Source of the DNA: Thainema sp.
GTDB taxonomy: Bacteria > Cyanobacteriota > Cyanobacteriia > Phormidesmidales > Phormidesmidaceae
Direction: 5' to 3'
Assembly: GCA_052168235.1 (NCBI GenBank)
Contig: JBQLZK010000045.1
Location: 1-61,509 of the forward strand
DNA length: 61,509 nucleotides
Under the pieces are notes generated by a model, which saw only the letters and a program-made list of their open reading frames with translations, had not been told where the DNA came from and made no database searches. The translations under genes and the position numbers were made by a program. Every line of letters begins with the position of its first letter. Within the stretch, counting starts at the first letter, position 1. Positions 41,920-51,491 of this stretch are shown here, piece after piece.

Positions 41920-42588
41920 ATGTCGATTAGTACTCAAAAGAACGTCTAGTTTGCAATGTGGCCAGAACAGAATTGGGGGGACGTTTGGTAGATGGGTCTG
42001 GGGTAGGGACTACATCTTCAGTGGTACCAACGCTTTAGCTACCTAACCGGACTGGTCTGACTTTAGTTTGCCCAAGTTGGATGGGAGACTAGCATGGATG
42101 TGTAACTTTACAAAACTTTCATGCGGCTTGGACAATGGGTGAGCTGGTAGGTCGATCTTAGTGGAGTATTCAGTTTATTGCGATCGCATAATGAGAAAAG
42201 TGGCTAGGCACGCTGATGAAAATTGCACAACTGTCTCTGGTGAGCTTGACGGGGTAGCACTTTCTGGTAGGGTGGCTAAATCACATTTTCCTAAATCATC
42301 AGACCTCAGAGCGCGGATTCGTTCGCGCTCTTTATTTATGTCTCTTAATATTTAAGTCTTCTATTTTTAAGGCAACTTGATCTATTAAGTTGCTGGTATT
42401 TAATGAGTTGGTCAGTATAAAAAATTACTTCGTTTTCTATTTTGGCAGAGCGTGAAATACTTGCCCTTCATACGCTTTGTGTGAATATCAAGTAATTGTA
42501 AAAAGACATCAAAATTCTTGGTACGTTTGGGGACGATTGGGAAAACTTATGAATAAGTAAGCTATACACCGACGCAGTTCGATCAACC

Positions 42589-42667
42589 GTAGGGTGTGTC
42601 AGGCATAGCCATAACGCACCACTCGATAAGGCTTCGGTGCGTTTTGTGTCGCTAAATAAACTTCTAA
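42589..42667. repeat. Degenerate GTAG-type REP doublet
   Basis: GTAGGGTGTGTCAGGCATAGCCATAACGCACC followed by an inverted GGTGCGTT... copy. Confidence 0.55.
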
Positions 42668-42704
42668 TTATCAGGGCTTTATAGCTGAGGATCTGAGAAC
42701 TAAT

Positions 42705-43328
42705 ATGCCAAATGTTAAGCTCAACACCTTAATTGAGAATGAAATCAGCCGCCTTTCAGAGTTGCACAACGTAGACTCATCAGTTTTAGGCGAATTTGCT
42801 CAATTTGTAATTGCAAACGCTAAAGCCAAGCAACCAGCTAAATCATCGAAGCCAACTAAATCAGCTAAATCATCGAAGCGATCAAAAGCTACAGAAGCAA
42901 CAGAAGCAACAGATGTAGCAGATTTATCGATGACTGATTTGAGAAATGCCGTTTATCAGTATTTCGAAGTTAAGGATACAACCAAGCTGAAAAAATCTGG
43001 CTCCTTCAAAATGGCAACTGACGGCATGGGAGATCTAGATTTCCGTCTCAAAGAAACTTGGGAAATGCTCTATCGCAAATTCATCGGAGTTTTGCCAGGT
43101 GAGGAATCACAAGAAGGCTATGGGTGCATTAATGGAGTAGATATCTTCAAGTATTTCAAACCTTGGGATGTATTTGGTTTGGATTCAAAAACAGCCAGTT
43201 CGGAAGACATCAAACAAGCTTACCGGAATCTCAGTAAAACCTATCATCCTGATATTCCAAAGACAGGGGATGCAAAGATTTTTGATCGAATTAATACCAT
43301 GTATAAGAGCATCAGTGTGGAGGCATGA
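42705..43328 (+). CDS. Protein with C-terminal J-domain (class C DnaJ-like co-chaperone)
   Basis: PWDVFGL..ASSEDIKQAYRNLSKTYHPD...F..IN..Y with intact HPD; K/S/A-rich linker. Confidence 0.85.
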   Translation: MPNVKLNTLIENEISRLSELHNVDSSVLGEFAQFVIANAKAKQPAKSSKPTKSAKSSKRSKATEATEATDVADLSMTDLRNAVYQYFEVKDTTKLKKSGSFKMATDGMGDLDFRLKETWEMLYRKFIGVLPGEESQEGYGCINGVDIFKYFKPWDVFGLDSKTASSEDIKQAYRNLSKTYHPDIPKTGDAKIFDRINTMYKSISVEA

Positions 43329-44347
43329 AGATGACGAAAAAACTTGCTCAGTTTACCATCAAAGAAAAAGATCTTGCCGCTGCACTAGAAATCAGTCATC
43401 AAAGACTTAGAGAAATTATTGATTTTTTTGATTCAGATCCAAACGACGAGTGGGAATTACGCGAAGATGATCATTTCGTAGTAATCAATAAACAGTGGAA
43501 TGAGCGCTTGTTCTCCAAACATGGTGCTTTTGCGATCGCAAAATACATGGACTCTACTGAGAAGAAAAGTATTTGGGATCAAATTGTTGAGTTCATCACA
43601 AAGCATAAACAGAAGTTGCGGAATGCTTTTGTTTGTCAAAAAATCCATGAAAACAGTAGCTCCTTGACAAAGAGGAATAACCGACATTACCTTTCCAAAA
43701 AAGATACTGTTAATATCCTCTGTACCAGTTATGCAAAACTGAATAAAGTTTTCCGCGATATTCAACAGTCAGAGCGGCCTTTAGCCTACGGGGAAGACTT
43801 CGATGATATTGATGGAACTCGTTACTATTCTCTGTTTGGATTTTTCCGTATCAGCAAAATCTTGTCGCAAGAGCTGACTGTAAAGGATCGTCGAGAGTGG
43901 TGTTCTGCAATCGAAATCGTTGGAGATAGAACATTCAAGCAAATTATCAGCGCAGAAGAGGCGAGAAAGAGGAGAATCGCTTCAGCCAAGAGAAAAGCTA
44001 GAACTAGAGATAGAGGAACATGCCAGATTACTCAACGTAAGCCAGAAGTTTATGATCAATTTAATTTAGCTGTTCATCACATTTTCTCTGCCAAAGATTA
44101 TCCACATCTAGAATCAAGTATTGATAATCTAATTACCATCCGTGAGGAAATCCATAAAGAATTTCACACTTGGAATGGTGGATTTCAACGGCCATGTACA
44201 GTTGATGATTTAATCCGCTTTGTAATGGAGGTTTACCCTGCTGAGTATGAAATTCTGCATAAGCTTAATACGTTAAAAGTACAGCTTGGAACACATACAC
44301 CTGTTCAAGGAGTTCAAGCACTACCTAAACCTGGTAAGGCTGCATAA
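43325..44347 (+). CDS. HNH endonuclease-domain protein with N-terminal putative DNA-binding repeats
   Basis: RDRGTCQIT...AVHHIF...DNLITI..EIHKEFH HNH signature; ATGA overlap with J-domain gene. Confidence 0.8.
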   Translation: MKMTKKLAQFTIKEKDLAAALEISHQRLREIIDFFDSDPNDEWELREDDHFVVINKQWNERLFSKHGAFAIAKYMDSTEKKSIWDQIVEFITKHKQKLRNAFVCQKIHENSSSLTKRNNRHYLSKKDTVNILCTSYAKLNKVFRDIQQSERPLAYGEDFDDIDGTRYYSLFGFFRISKILSQELTVKDRREWCSAIEIVGDRTFKQIISAEEARKRRIASAKRKARTRDRGTCQITQRKPEVYDQFNLAVHHIFSAKDYPHLESSIDNLITIREEIHKEFHTWNGGFQRPCTVDDLIRFVMEVYPAEYEILHKLNTLKVQLGTHTPVQGVQALPKPGKAA

Positions 44348-44400
44348 ATCATTATTGCAAGTTGCATCTTTTTTAACCTGGAAAGCTGAACTTAAAACAA

Positions 44401-44433
44401 AAAGGCCCTTCAGTCGTGAGACTGGAGGGCTTT
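44401..44433. terminator. Intrinsic terminator-like hairpin after HNH gene
   Basis: AAAGGCCCTTCAGTC-GTGA-GACTGGAGGGCTTT. Confidence 0.65.
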
Positions 44434-44672
44434 GCAATGAACTCCACATTTTTGCTTAACGCATATCAACATTATGAAATCCTCACTTCATAAAGACTTC
44501 CGTTAAATAGCGGAATTTTCACTAAAACCCTATCCGTAAATCAACGCAAATTCATTTTTCAGCTTTTCTCAGCTTCATCTAAATTACTGAAGAATTCGAT
44601 TAATATCGCCCAAAACGCCCTCCAGTCAGGTTTAATGAATCACTACCCTTCATCACCCTGAGATAAAGAACC

Positions 44673-46373
44673 GTGGCCCGCTCCATTGCTCAATTCTGGA
44701 AACAGCGCACTCCTGGACTACAACAACTACTGGCTTACCAACCCAACTGGCTACGCGGTGACCTGCTCGCAGGCTTAACCGTCGCCGCCTACCTCATTCC
44801 TCAATGCATGGCCTATGGTGAGCTCGCAGGCGTCGAACCCGTCGCTGGCCTGTGGGCCATCCTGCCGCCGATGATCCTCTACGCCATCTTCGGTTCCTCA
44901 CCCCAGATGTCCATCGGCCCCGAATCCACCACCGCCGTCATGACCGCCGCTGCGATCGCACCTCTCGCCGCCGCCGATGGCAGCAACTACGCCAGCCTCG
45001 CCGCCCTGCTGGCCGTCATGGTCGGGGTCGTGTGCATCATCGGTCACTTTGCCCGTCTTGGTTTTCTCGCCAACCTGCTCTCTCGACCCCTGCTAATCGG
45101 CTACATGGCAGGCGTCGCCCTGATTATGATTGGCGGACAGCTCGGCAAAGCCAGCGGTATTTCTATTGAAGCCGACACCGTTTATGGGCAGTTCTTCGAG
45201 TTTTTTACCCGCCTTGGCGAAATTCATCCGCCCACGCTGATTCTGTCCATTGCTGTACTGGTCTTCCTGTTCACCATTCGCCACTATTTCAAAAATGCCC
45301 CTGGCCCCCTGCTGGCCGTCCTGCTCGCCACCACAGCCGTTGCCGTCATTGACCTCGATCAGCAAGGCGTCGTCGTGATTGGCGAAATTCCTGCCGGACT
45401 GCCCCAGCTTGCCCTGCCGAACGTCGCGCTCGATCATCTGCTGCCCACGATTGCCTCCGCCATTGGGATTGCCCTGGTCGGCTATTCAGACAACGTCCTC
45501 ACCGCCCGTGCCTTTGCCGCCCGCAACCACTATAAAATCGACGCCAATCAGGAACTACTGGCCCTCGGTATCGCCAACGTTGGCAACGGATTCATGCAGG
45601 GCTTCCCCATCAGCAGCAGCGGTAGCCGCACCGCCATTGGTGACTCGCTGGGCAGCAAATCCCAGCTTTTTTCGCTGGTCGCCTTCGTCGTCGTCATCAT
45701 CGTGCTGCTGTTCCTGCGTCCGCTGCTGGCCCTGTTTCCCAGTGCGGCGCTAGGAGCGATCGTTATTTACGCTGCCACTAAACTAATTGAACTGCCGGAG
45801 TTTAAGCGACTGCTCCAGTTCCGCCGCAGCGAATTTGTTCTGGCCATCTGTACGTTTGCTGGCGTACTGCTGACCGATATTCTGGTCGGAGTTGCGATCG
45901 CAGTTGGCCTTTCAATTATTGAACTGCTCACCCGGATTACTCGGCCTCATGATGCCATTCTGGGCCAAGCTCCCGGTCTACCTGGTCTGCACGACATCGA
46001 CGATTGGGACAACGCAACCACAATTCCCGGTTTAGTGATCTATCGCTACGACGCACCGCTCTTCTTTGCCAACGTGGAAAACTTCCAGCAGCGGGCATTG
46101 CAAGCCATCGAGCAGGAACAGCATCCGGTCGAGTGGTTTGTGCTGAATACAGAAGCGATTGCCGAAATCGACATCACCGCCGCCGATGCCCTCAGCGAAC
46201 TGCACGATGAACTTGCTCAACAAGGCATTACCTTCGCGTTAACGCGGGTGAAACAAGACCTCTATGCCCAGCTCAAAACCTCTGGTCTGCTGGAAAAGAT
46301 TGGTCGCGATCGCATTTACTTCACGCTCCACACCGCAATTGACGCATTTCACAATCGAGGAAAAGAGAACTGA
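44673..46373 (+). CDS. SulP/SLC26 anion permease with STAS domain
   Basis: GDLLAGLTVAAYLIPQCMAY, ANQELLALG, SSGSRT, PLFFAN, IDITA. Confidence 0.95.
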   Translation: MARSIAQFWKQRTPGLQQLLAYQPNWLRGDLLAGLTVAAYLIPQCMAYGELAGVEPVAGLWAILPPMILYAIFGSSPQMSIGPESTTAVMTAAAIAPLAAADGSNYASLAALLAVMVGVVCIIGHFARLGFLANLLSRPLLIGYMAGVALIMIGGQLGKASGISIEADTVYGQFFEFFTRLGEIHPPTLILSIAVLVFLFTIRHYFKNAPGPLLAVLLATTAVAVIDLDQQGVVVIGEIPAGLPQLALPNVALDHLLPTIASAIGIALVGYSDNVLTARAFAARNHYKIDANQELLALGIANVGNGFMQGFPISSSGSRTAIGDSLGSKSQLFSLVAFVVVIIVLLFLRPLLALFPSAALGAIVIYAATKLIELPEFKRLLQFRRSEFVLAICTFAGVLLTDILVGVAIAVGLSIIELLTRITRPHDAILGQAPGLPGLHDIDDWDNATTIPGLVIYRYDAPLFFANVENFQQRALQAIEQEQHPVEWFVLNTEAIAEIDITAADALSELHDELAQQGITFALTRVKQDLYAQLKTSGLLEKIGRDRIYFTLHTAIDAFHNRGKEN

Positions 46374-46392
46374 GTGCTGTTGATACCAGCGC

Positions 46393-46740
46393 TTACTTGT
46401 CCAAAATCTGCCGAATCTCCTTCAGCTCAGTCAGAATCGCCCGCAGCAGCTCCTGGGTTTTGCTATCTGGCGGTTCCTTGACCTCAATCGTCACGCTTTG
46501 GCCCAGGACATCTTTAGCAAACCGCGCCACCTCGTTGGGGTGGAACATCAGCGGATCTTCTTTATTCGTCCGGTATTCTGGATTCAGCAACGTCGGATTG
46601 TAGGGCGGATTCAGCGACCCATTCTCCGTATTGGCATAGCGGTAGACCGACGCTCGCGATCGGCCAATGGCCTTTTGCACCGCCTCCACATCCATCAAAA
46701 TCGCTGTCGATGTCGATGTAGGTATCGTTTCTTCACTCAT
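46393..46740 (-). CDS. Small HTH (resolvase/excisionase-like) conserved cyanobacterial protein
   Basis: MDVEAVQKAIGRSRASVYRY helix-turn-helix. Confidence 0.75.
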   Translation of the reverse strand: MSEETIPTSTSTAILMDVEAVQKAIGRSRASVYRYANTENGSLNPPYNPTLLNPEYRTNKEDPLMFHPNEVARFAKDVLGQSVTIEVKEPPDSKTQELLRAILTELKEIRQILDK

Positions 46741-46779
46741 GATGCTTCTTCAACGTATCCGCGTACGCACTCCTGCAAA

Positions 46780-48429
46780 CTAGCGCTTTAGCTTAGCAAA
46801 CAGTTTGACATCAAATTCAGATTCGAAGCAGTCTTTCTTATAATCAATGCTCCACAGCTCCAGTTCGCAATTATCACCCGGCTCAGCAGGCTGTAAGTAA
46901 AGGTAAAAATTCGAATTTTCGGCATCATACTCGCAGGTAATATCTGCGATCGCGCCAATTTGTCGCCGATCCAGAGCTACGGCAATGCGCAATAGCGCAC
47001 TGAGCTGATCGACCATTGTGCGATACTGCTTGCCTGCTAAGTTACGGTAGTTTTCGTGCTTTTTCTTGGGCGAACTCTTGCGGTGATAGCGAGCCAGATT
47101 GGCAATTACCTCAACCTCCGTTTCCGTAAAGCCCAGCAGTTCCCCATTGCGAATCAGGTAGTAGGAATGCTTGTGGTGAGACGAGTGGCTGATGAAATGG
47201 CCGGAATTGTGCAGAATGGCAGCAGCCCACAGCAGCTCGCGCTCCACTGGCCCCCAGCTATGCAAGACGCCGTGAGTTTGGTCGAATAAACTCTGGGCAA
47301 ACTCAGCCACCCGTTCACTGTAAGCCAGGTCAACGTGATACTTCTGAGCAATTTTCATAACGCTGCGATACCGCACCGAATCCTGATAGCGCAGCCGATT
47401 TTCGATTAGCTGATGGGTCAGCATCCAGTCCACCACGACGCCATCCCGCAGCGCCCGTTCGCAAATTACCACCGACTCTGCCCCCAGCAGCGACATCGCC
47501 TCCTGCAAAATCATCGCTCCAGCCACAATGATTTCGGCTCGACGGTCAGACACCCCGGACGTATCCAGCCGCTCCTTGTAGTCCATCTTGCGCAGGCGAT
47601 TGACGATGTCCTGCAAATCTCGCAGACTCATTTCGTAGCCATTCAGCGGTGTTGGCACCATGCCTAGATGCTCTTTGGCATGCACAGTGGCAAGACATTC
47701 AATCGTGCCGGATGTGCCCACGAGCCGCAGCGTCTCCCCCGGTTCCAGCCGCGACTTAATTTCATCGGTCGGGCGCTCCAGCATGCCGCGAATGTAGGCT
47801 TGCAGATAGGTAAACTCGTCGCTACTGATCGGGTCAGTAGTAATAAATTCGCTGGTCAGCCGGACTGCGCCAATTTTGGTACTGCTGAGAAAGCGGGGTT
47901 CGCGCCCGTCACCCAAAATCAGCTCGGTTGATCCGCCGCCAATGTCAATAATGCCGTGGGGCTGACCGTTAAACTCCATGCCCGACAGCACGCCCAAATA
48001 AATCCGCCGCGCTTCTTCTGGGCCAGAGATCAGATTAATCGACAGGCCAATTTCCTTGCTCACCTGCTTGAGAAACTCTCGGCCATTGGGCGCTTCTCGC
48101 ACTGCACTGGTCGCCACAGCAACGATATCCTCGGCGTGCATACTGTTGGCAATCTCGCAGCAGCGCCGCAGTGCCGCCATCGCCCGCTCAATCGCCTCCG
48201 GGGTCAAGTCCCCCGTCTTGGGGTCGCGATTGCCCAGCCGCACCGTGTCTTTTTCTTTATCAATAATCGTAAAAGCCGGAATAGAGGGCTGAATTTTGAC
48301 CACCACCATGTGAATGGAGTTGGTGCCTACGTCAATGGCAGCCAAAATGCGATCGCGTTTATCCTGCAAGACAGGCGATTCGACTGGAGTAGCTTGAGTA
48401 GATTGATTCTGCGGTGCGGTGTTGACCAT
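46780..48429 (-). CDS. ppx: Exopolyphosphatase Ppx/GppA family
   Basis: AAIDVGTNS, ATSAVREA, EEAR, DIGGGSTE, GTSGT, HD-like C-terminus. Confidence 0.95.
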   Translation of the reverse strand: MVNTAPQNQSTQATPVESPVLQDKRDRILAAIDVGTNSIHMVVVKIQPSIPAFTIIDKEKDTVRLGNRDPKTGDLTPEAIERAMAALRRCCEIANSMHAEDIVAVATSAVREAPNGREFLKQVSKEIGLSINLISGPEEARRIYLGVLSGMEFNGQPHGIIDIGGGSTELILGDGREPRFLSSTKIGAVRLTSEFITTDPISSDEFTYLQAYIRGMLERPTDEIKSRLEPGETLRLVGTSGTIECLATVHAKEHLGMVPTPLNGYEMSLRDLQDIVNRLRKMDYKERLDTSGVSDRRAEIIVAGAMILQEAMSLLGAESVVICERALRDGVVVDWMLTHQLIENRLRYQDSVRYRSVMKIAQKYHVDLAYSERVAEFAQSLFDQTHGVLHSWGPVERELLWAAAILHNSGHFISHSSHHKHSYYLIRNGELLGFTETEVEVIANLARYHRKSSPKKKHENYRNLAGKQYRTMVDQLSALLRIAVALDRRQIGAIADITCEYDAENSNFYLYLQPAEPGDNCELELWSIDYKKDCFESEFDVKLFAKLKR

Positions 48430-48556
48430 CGGTTTTCGGATACGTACGTCAGAAGGCTGATTGAAATAACCTTACTTCTGTATTGATACTATGCGAGTTC
48501 TACTCAGTACTCTACCGAGACAAGGGTTCTTCCTGAACAGTTGCCTTAAAACATTG

Positions 48557-49168
48557 TTAAAACTTCAAAGACCAGCGTTCCAATAGCTCGGCTGTGACGG
48601 CTTGATAAGCTTGCCAACCCGTCTGGGCACGCGGATCTTTCAGTTCATGCACCAGCATACCGACGGTTGCGGCTTTCTGAAACGCGGCAAATCGGGGAAT
48701 ATGGGTTTCGCATACGGGCAGATTCTCGCTGGTGAGTAAATTCCGCACCTCTTCTCCAGCCCGACTGGGAGCAGGCGGCACAATCGTCAGCAAAATCCGG
48801 TAGCGGCGGGCATTAATCGCGTGCAGATACTCAATCGTCAGCACCAGCGCATCCAGCGCCAGCGTGTCCGGCGTCGTCGGCAGCACCAGCAAATCGCAGT
48901 GGTCGGTGAGCAGTTCCAAATCTTCCTTCTGCGGTCGCGCCTGGGTATCCACCACGACATGCCCATACTGGCGCAACTGCTGGGAGGCCTGCCACTCGTC
49001 TACCACCTTGAACGGCAGCACCCCCCGCTGCGCCCAGCCCAGTGCCGACCGATTCGGATCGGCATCAATCAGCAGCGTATTGGCCTGCTGCTGCAAACAA
49101 GCGGCAAGATGCATGGCGGTGGTCGTTTTGCCGACTCCACCTTTGAAGCTGGCGACGGTAATAATCAT
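48557..49168 (-). CDS. ParA-family ATPase (orphan)
   Basis: KGGVGKTT deviant Walker A, IDADP, VVDT. Confidence 0.92.
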   Translation of the reverse strand: MIITVASFKGGVGKTTTAMHLAACLQQQANTLLIDADPNRSALGWAQRGVLPFKVVDEWQASQQLRQYGHVVVDTQARPQKEDLELLTDHCDLLVLPTTPDTLALDALVLTIEYLHAINARRYRILLTIVPPAPSRAGEEVRNLLTSENLPVCETHIPRFAAFQKAATVGMLVHELKDPRAQTGWQAYQAVTAELLERWSLKF

Positions 49169-49235
49169 GGAGGCATACGTTAGGATTGCGAAAACTCGAT
49201 AAATGCACTTTCTTATAGGACGGGTTTAGTACTTA

Positions 49236-49357
49236 GGATTGTGAATTAAATAAGTCTATTGGGTAGGGGAGGGTTTAGTAGATAAATTTGCACTATGTCA
49301 CAGAGTTGACGGCAAAACCCGCCCCTACAGTTTGCGGATTTATTAAATCCACGTTCC
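49236..49357 (+). mobile_element. MITE family D, copy 1 (18-bp TIRs, TTA target duplication, internal GTAG REP hairpin)
   Basis: TTA|GGATTGTGAATTAAATAA...TTATTAAATCCACGTTCC|TTA; aligns end to end with reverse complement of 51354-51478. Confidence 0.8.
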
Positions 49358-49517
49358 TTAACAAGTGGTTTAGATTTAGATTGGTAAGCAAAACCCACCC
49401 TTTTAGACGGGTTTTGGGCTAGATGACTGAATCTCTACGTAAAATACTGGAATTATAGATCAACTGTACTTATTTATGCTCGATATTTTGCTAAAGTCCA
49501 AAATTGTTTGATTCCGT

Positions 49518-49581
49518 AAGGCGTGAGGAGCGAGGCGTGAGGCGCTAATCTAAAACTCAAAGCTCAAAATCCAAAATCTCA
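49518..49581 (+). repeat. STRR-like heptamer repeats
   Basis: AGGCGTG-AGGAGCG-AGGCGTG-AGGCG then TCTAAAA-CTCAAAG-CTCAAAA-TCCAAAA. Confidence 0.6.
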
Positions 49582-50592
49582 ATGTCCCGCTACATCCTGC
49601 GCCGACTTGTCAACTTAATTCCAGTCCTGCTGGGCATCACGCTACTTGTATTTATCTTTTTACACTTAATTCCCGGCGATCCAGCCGTTGTGCTACTGGG
49701 CGATCGCGCGACTCCGGAGCAAGTCGAAGCGCTGCGAGAACGCTTGGGGCTAAACGAACCCCTGCCGCTGCAATATCTGACGTTTCTGAGGCAGATATTG
49801 CGGCTCGATTTTGGCACCAGCATCTTTACTGGCATACCGATTATCGAAGAAATCAAAATTCGCTGGCCTGCCACGTTTGAACTCTCCTTTGCCGCTATGC
49901 TGCTGGCGCTGCTGTTAGGTATTCCGGCGGGCGTTCTGGCTGCCGTGCGCAAAAATAGCTGGCTGGATAATCTGACCATGAGCGCTTCACTGGTCGGGGT
50001 TTCAATGCCCGTTTATTGGCTAGGACTGCTGCTAATTTATCTCTTCGCCGTGCAGCTTCAGTGGTTGCCACCCAGCGGTCGGCTCAGCATTGCAGCGGGG
50101 TTCAACTTTGAACCCATTACAGGGTTCTACGTGCTGGATGCGCTGCTCCAGGGAAACTGGAGCGCGTTGCGAGATGCGATCGCACATCTCATCCTGCCCG
50201 CTCTCACCCTCAGCACCATTCCGCTGGCGATTCTGGCCCGCATCACCCGCAGCGCCATGCTTGAGGTTCTATCACAAAATTATGTGCGAACGGCCCGAGC
50301 CAAAGGCGTACCGGAATTCTGGGTGATTGCCCGCCACGCGCTCAAGAATGCGCTGCTGCCCGTGACCACGATTACAGGCTTGGAGTTCGGTACGTTATTG
50401 GGAGGTGCAATTCTTACTGAAACCATTTTTTCCTGGCCCGGCATCGGCACCTGGATTTATAACGGCATTCTGGCACGAGACTATCCGGTGGTGCAGGGCG
50501 GCGTAGTCTTTGTTGCGATCGCATTTGTCCTGATCAACTTACTGGTTGATATTTCCTACGCTCTACTCGATCCGAGAATTCAGTACAAATAA
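49582..50592 (+). CDS. dppB: Peptide/nickel ABC transporter permease (DppB/OppB family)
   Basis: YILRRL, IPGDPA, DFGTS, YVRTARAKG, RHALKNA, RDYPVVQG, DPRI. Confidence 0.9.
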   Translation: MSRYILRRLVNLIPVLLGITLLVFIFLHLIPGDPAVVLLGDRATPEQVEALRERLGLNEPLPLQYLTFLRQILRLDFGTSIFTGIPIIEEIKIRWPATFELSFAAMLLALLLGIPAGVLAAVRKNSWLDNLTMSASLVGVSMPVYWLGLLLIYLFAVQLQWLPPSGRLSIAAGFNFEPITGFYVLDALLQGNWSALRDAIAHLILPALTLSTIPLAILARITRSAMLEVLSQNYVRTARAKGVPEFWVIARHALKNALLPVTTITGLEFGTLLGGAILTETIFSWPGIGTWIYNGILARDYPVVQGGVVFVAIAFVLINLLVDISYALLDPRIQYK

Positions 50593-50642
50593 AAAGCGAG
50601 ATTTGGCTGCCGCAATGCGGCAGCCAAATCTCGCTTTTTATT
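50588..50642. terminator. Perfect palindrome (26-bp arms) containing both convergent stop codons
   Basis: AATAAAAAGCGAGATTTGGCTGCCGC-AAT-GCGGCAGCCAAATCTCGCTTTTTATT. Confidence 0.9.
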
Positions 50643-51282
50643 GTTCTGACAAATGCCCACTCCACCGACGAATCGGTACACAGTCTAAGTCAAGCTGATC
50701 CAACACTCTGGCTACTACAAAATCCACTAGATCCTCCACCGTTTGCGGCTGGTGATACCAGGCGGGAATCGCGGGCACCACTCGCACTCCGGCCTCAGCC
50801 AGTGCTGTTAAATTACGCAAGTGAATCAGACTAAACGGCGTTTCACGCGGCACGATTACTAGTCGTCGCCCCTCTTTGATCTGCACGTCAGCAGCCCGCT
50901 CCAGCAGATCAGAACTCAAGCCCGTGGCAATTTTCGCGACCGTACTCATGCTGCACGGCATCACGATCATGCCCACCGTGCGAAAGGAACCGCTGGCAAT
51001 GTTTGCGCCTACATCGCCCCAGGGATGGCACTGAAGCTTGCCGCCCGTGCTGACTCCGGCCTGCTCCCGCCAAAACTGCTCCTGCCGCACCGGATCGGTA
51101 GGCATACGAATATCCTGTTCTGCCTGCCACACCATGTAGGTTGATTTGGACGCCACCAGCTCTATCTGGCAGTCGGCCTCCAGCAAATACTTGATGGCGC
51201 GTACCGCATAAATGAGTCCAGAAGCGCCGCTAATTCCTAGGATGACAGGTCGATTGGGCGGAGAGAAAGAATCTAAAGACAC
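50638..51282 (-). CDS. ubiX: Flavin prenyltransferase
   Basis: GISGASG, IASGS, PCSMST, RAADV, PRETP, PAWY. Confidence 0.96.
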   Translation of the reverse strand: MSLDSFSPPNRPVILGISGASGLIYAVRAIKYLLEADCQIELVASKSTYMVWQAEQDIRMPTDPVRQEQFWREQAGVSTGGKLQCHPWGDVGANIASGSFRTVGMIVMPCSMSTVAKIATGLSSDLLERAADVQIKEGRRLVIVPRETPFSLIHLRNLTALAEAGVRVVPAIPAWYHQPQTVEDLVDFVVARVLDQLDLDCVPIRRWSGHLSEQ

Positions 51283-51353
51283 GCGTAGAGGTTAAATTAA
51301 CAGTTCTTTACTTACTGTACGCAATTTGCCGCGACTTTGCTGCACGACGCTAA

Positions 51354-51478
51354 GGAGCGTGGATTTAATAAAGTGGCAAATTGTAGGGGCGGGTTTCGCT
51401 TTCAACTCTATGACACGGTGCAGATTGGTCTACTAAACCCGCCCCTACGCAATATCGAACTTATTTAATTCACAATTC
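51354..51478 (-). mobile_element. MITE family D, copy 2 (inverted), TAA target duplication
   Basis: TAA|GGAGCGTGGATTTAATAA...TTATTTAATTCACAATTC|TAA; internal GTAGGGGCGGGTTT...AAACCCGCCCCTAC. Confidence 0.8.
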
Positions 51479-51491
51479 TAAGCCATAGGCA

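Noticed and set aside
46393..46740. Resolvase-like gene as a mobile-element marker
   Set aside because: Only an HTH is present, with no catalytic recombinase domain; it sits directly downstream of ppx like a core gene
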